A program made the position numbers and the translations under genes. From Synechococcus sp. (GTDB lineage: Bacteria > Cyanobacteriota > Cyanobacteriia > Thermostichales > PCC-7336), in the NCBI GenBank assembly GCA_051439605.1, contig JBFRWN010000032.1:96001-160000 (forward strand): a DNA stretch of 64,000 bases, written 5' to 3'. The notes under the pieces are model-generated. The model did not search any database. It saw only the letters and a program-made list of their open reading frames with translations, and was not told where the DNA came from. The stretch's first letter is position 1. The number at the start of each line of letters is the position of its first letter. This document shows positions 63,152 to 64,000 of this stretch, one piece after another.

Positions 63152-63352
63152 CTAGCTCAGCGCAGATTGACTGCGAGCGTAGTCATGCCGAAAAGTAGGT
63201 TGAACCTTGCCCTGAATGTGGCCCCAGTAATCAATTTGATTAGGAGACAGACCAACATTTGTAGCTGACCGGCTGAGCAAAGATTGCTGACGATTTTTGG
63301 CGCGGGCGCGACCAAGCATCATCAATCGACGGGTGTTTGCGGAAACAGTCAT
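63152..63352 (-). CDS. gifA: Glutamine synthetase inactivating factor, IF7 type
   Basis: 66 aa: RRLMM....KNRQQSLLSR....VG....YWGHIQGK.QPTFR..Y.RS...LS matches the IF7 pattern; GAGG RBS. Confidence 0.88.
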   Translation of the reverse strand: MTVSANTRRLMMLGRARAKNRQQSLLSRSATNVGLSPNQIDYWGHIQGKVQPTFRHDYARSQSALS

Positions 63353-63425
63353 CGGGAAAACCTCAAATTACGAAGTATTGATGCGACGTCCTTACGGTTT
63401 AGATCTTACCCCGTTCAGAAAAAAA

Positions 63426-63439
63426 GTAGCAAGTGTTAC
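63426..63439. promoter_or_regulatory. NtcA box upstream of gifA (likely repressive)
   Basis: GTA-GCAAGTGT-TAC about 75 nt upstream of the gifA start; gif genes are known NtcA-repressed targets. Confidence 0.8.
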
Positions 63440-63737
63440 AAAACACATTATTCTTTCTTGTCTTAATCTTGATTGTTTTCGCTTTTTCGCCGTGTGCCAA
63501 AGGACCTTTGTCTTCCCAGGTAAGGGCTCTAATCGGTCCAGGCTCTTTTTTATTAGGCGTTTGAGCGATCCTGTAAGGACTGTTGTGAAGAATTCGACAT
63601 CGAGTTCAATTAAAAATCGGTTAGGGCACGCTGACATATGGAGGCTGTCAAGCCGCCGAGGTTATTGTGCGAGCTTGTCCCCATGACGAAACACGATCCA
63701 CTGTCCCCCAGTCAAAAATTCACAACAATCGAGGTTG

Positions 63738-63941
63738 TTAATGGATCGAGACGATTAACGTACAGGAGATAGCGATCGCGATCGCTCCGATTGAAAGGAC
63801 GGTTGGCCAAAATTTTAGTTGGCCAGAAGGATACAGAGGGAATTTCTTCTTGCTCTTTTTGGCCGAGCGATCTTCGTTTAAGGGGTTGGCTGCTACATAA
63901 ACCGTCGAAAAGCCGCTGTCGATTTGGCTGAAATCCGCCAT
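63738..63941 (-). CDS. Small hypothetical protein with C-terminal TM helix
   Basis: 67 aa; basic patch KKSKKK followed by a hydrophobic helix. Confidence 0.45.
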   Translation of the reverse strand: MADFSQIDSGFSTVYVAANPLNEDRSAKKSKKKFPLYPSGQLKFWPTVLSIGAIAIAISCTLIVSIH

Positions 63942-64000
63942 GTTGACTTTCCACTCTTTAGGGCGATTCAGGCTGGGTGCACTCCAAATTTGAGCTAGGT

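Overview
A 64 kb core-genome segment of a cyanobacterium. The evidence is frequent HIP1 octamers (GCGATCGC) and typical cyanobacterial genes: sufR-sufBCD, chlP, rbcR/ycf30, ftn2/zipN, cyAbrB, gifA, EF-hand transaldolase and pentapeptide-repeat proteins. It holds about 55 mostly housekeeping CDSs and one tRNA(CAT). I see no CRISPR array, rRNA, intact transposon or prophage. Four decayed genes are visible: an internally deleted dihydroorotase, an integrase N-terminus next to the tRNA, a frameshifted Cache-type sensor and an IS1634-type transposase fragment. The best leads for something undescribed are small. (1) A stand-alone 31-aa membrane microprotein at 44838-44933, with two NtcA-type boxes upstream and its own terminator. 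(2) A His-rich out-of-frame upstream ORF over the hisD start, made by a 19-nt duplication. (3) A terminator-like, alternatively foldable hairpin in the chlP leader. (4) A small hairpin element found at two loci. All family assignments come from motifs recognised by eye. No database search was run.
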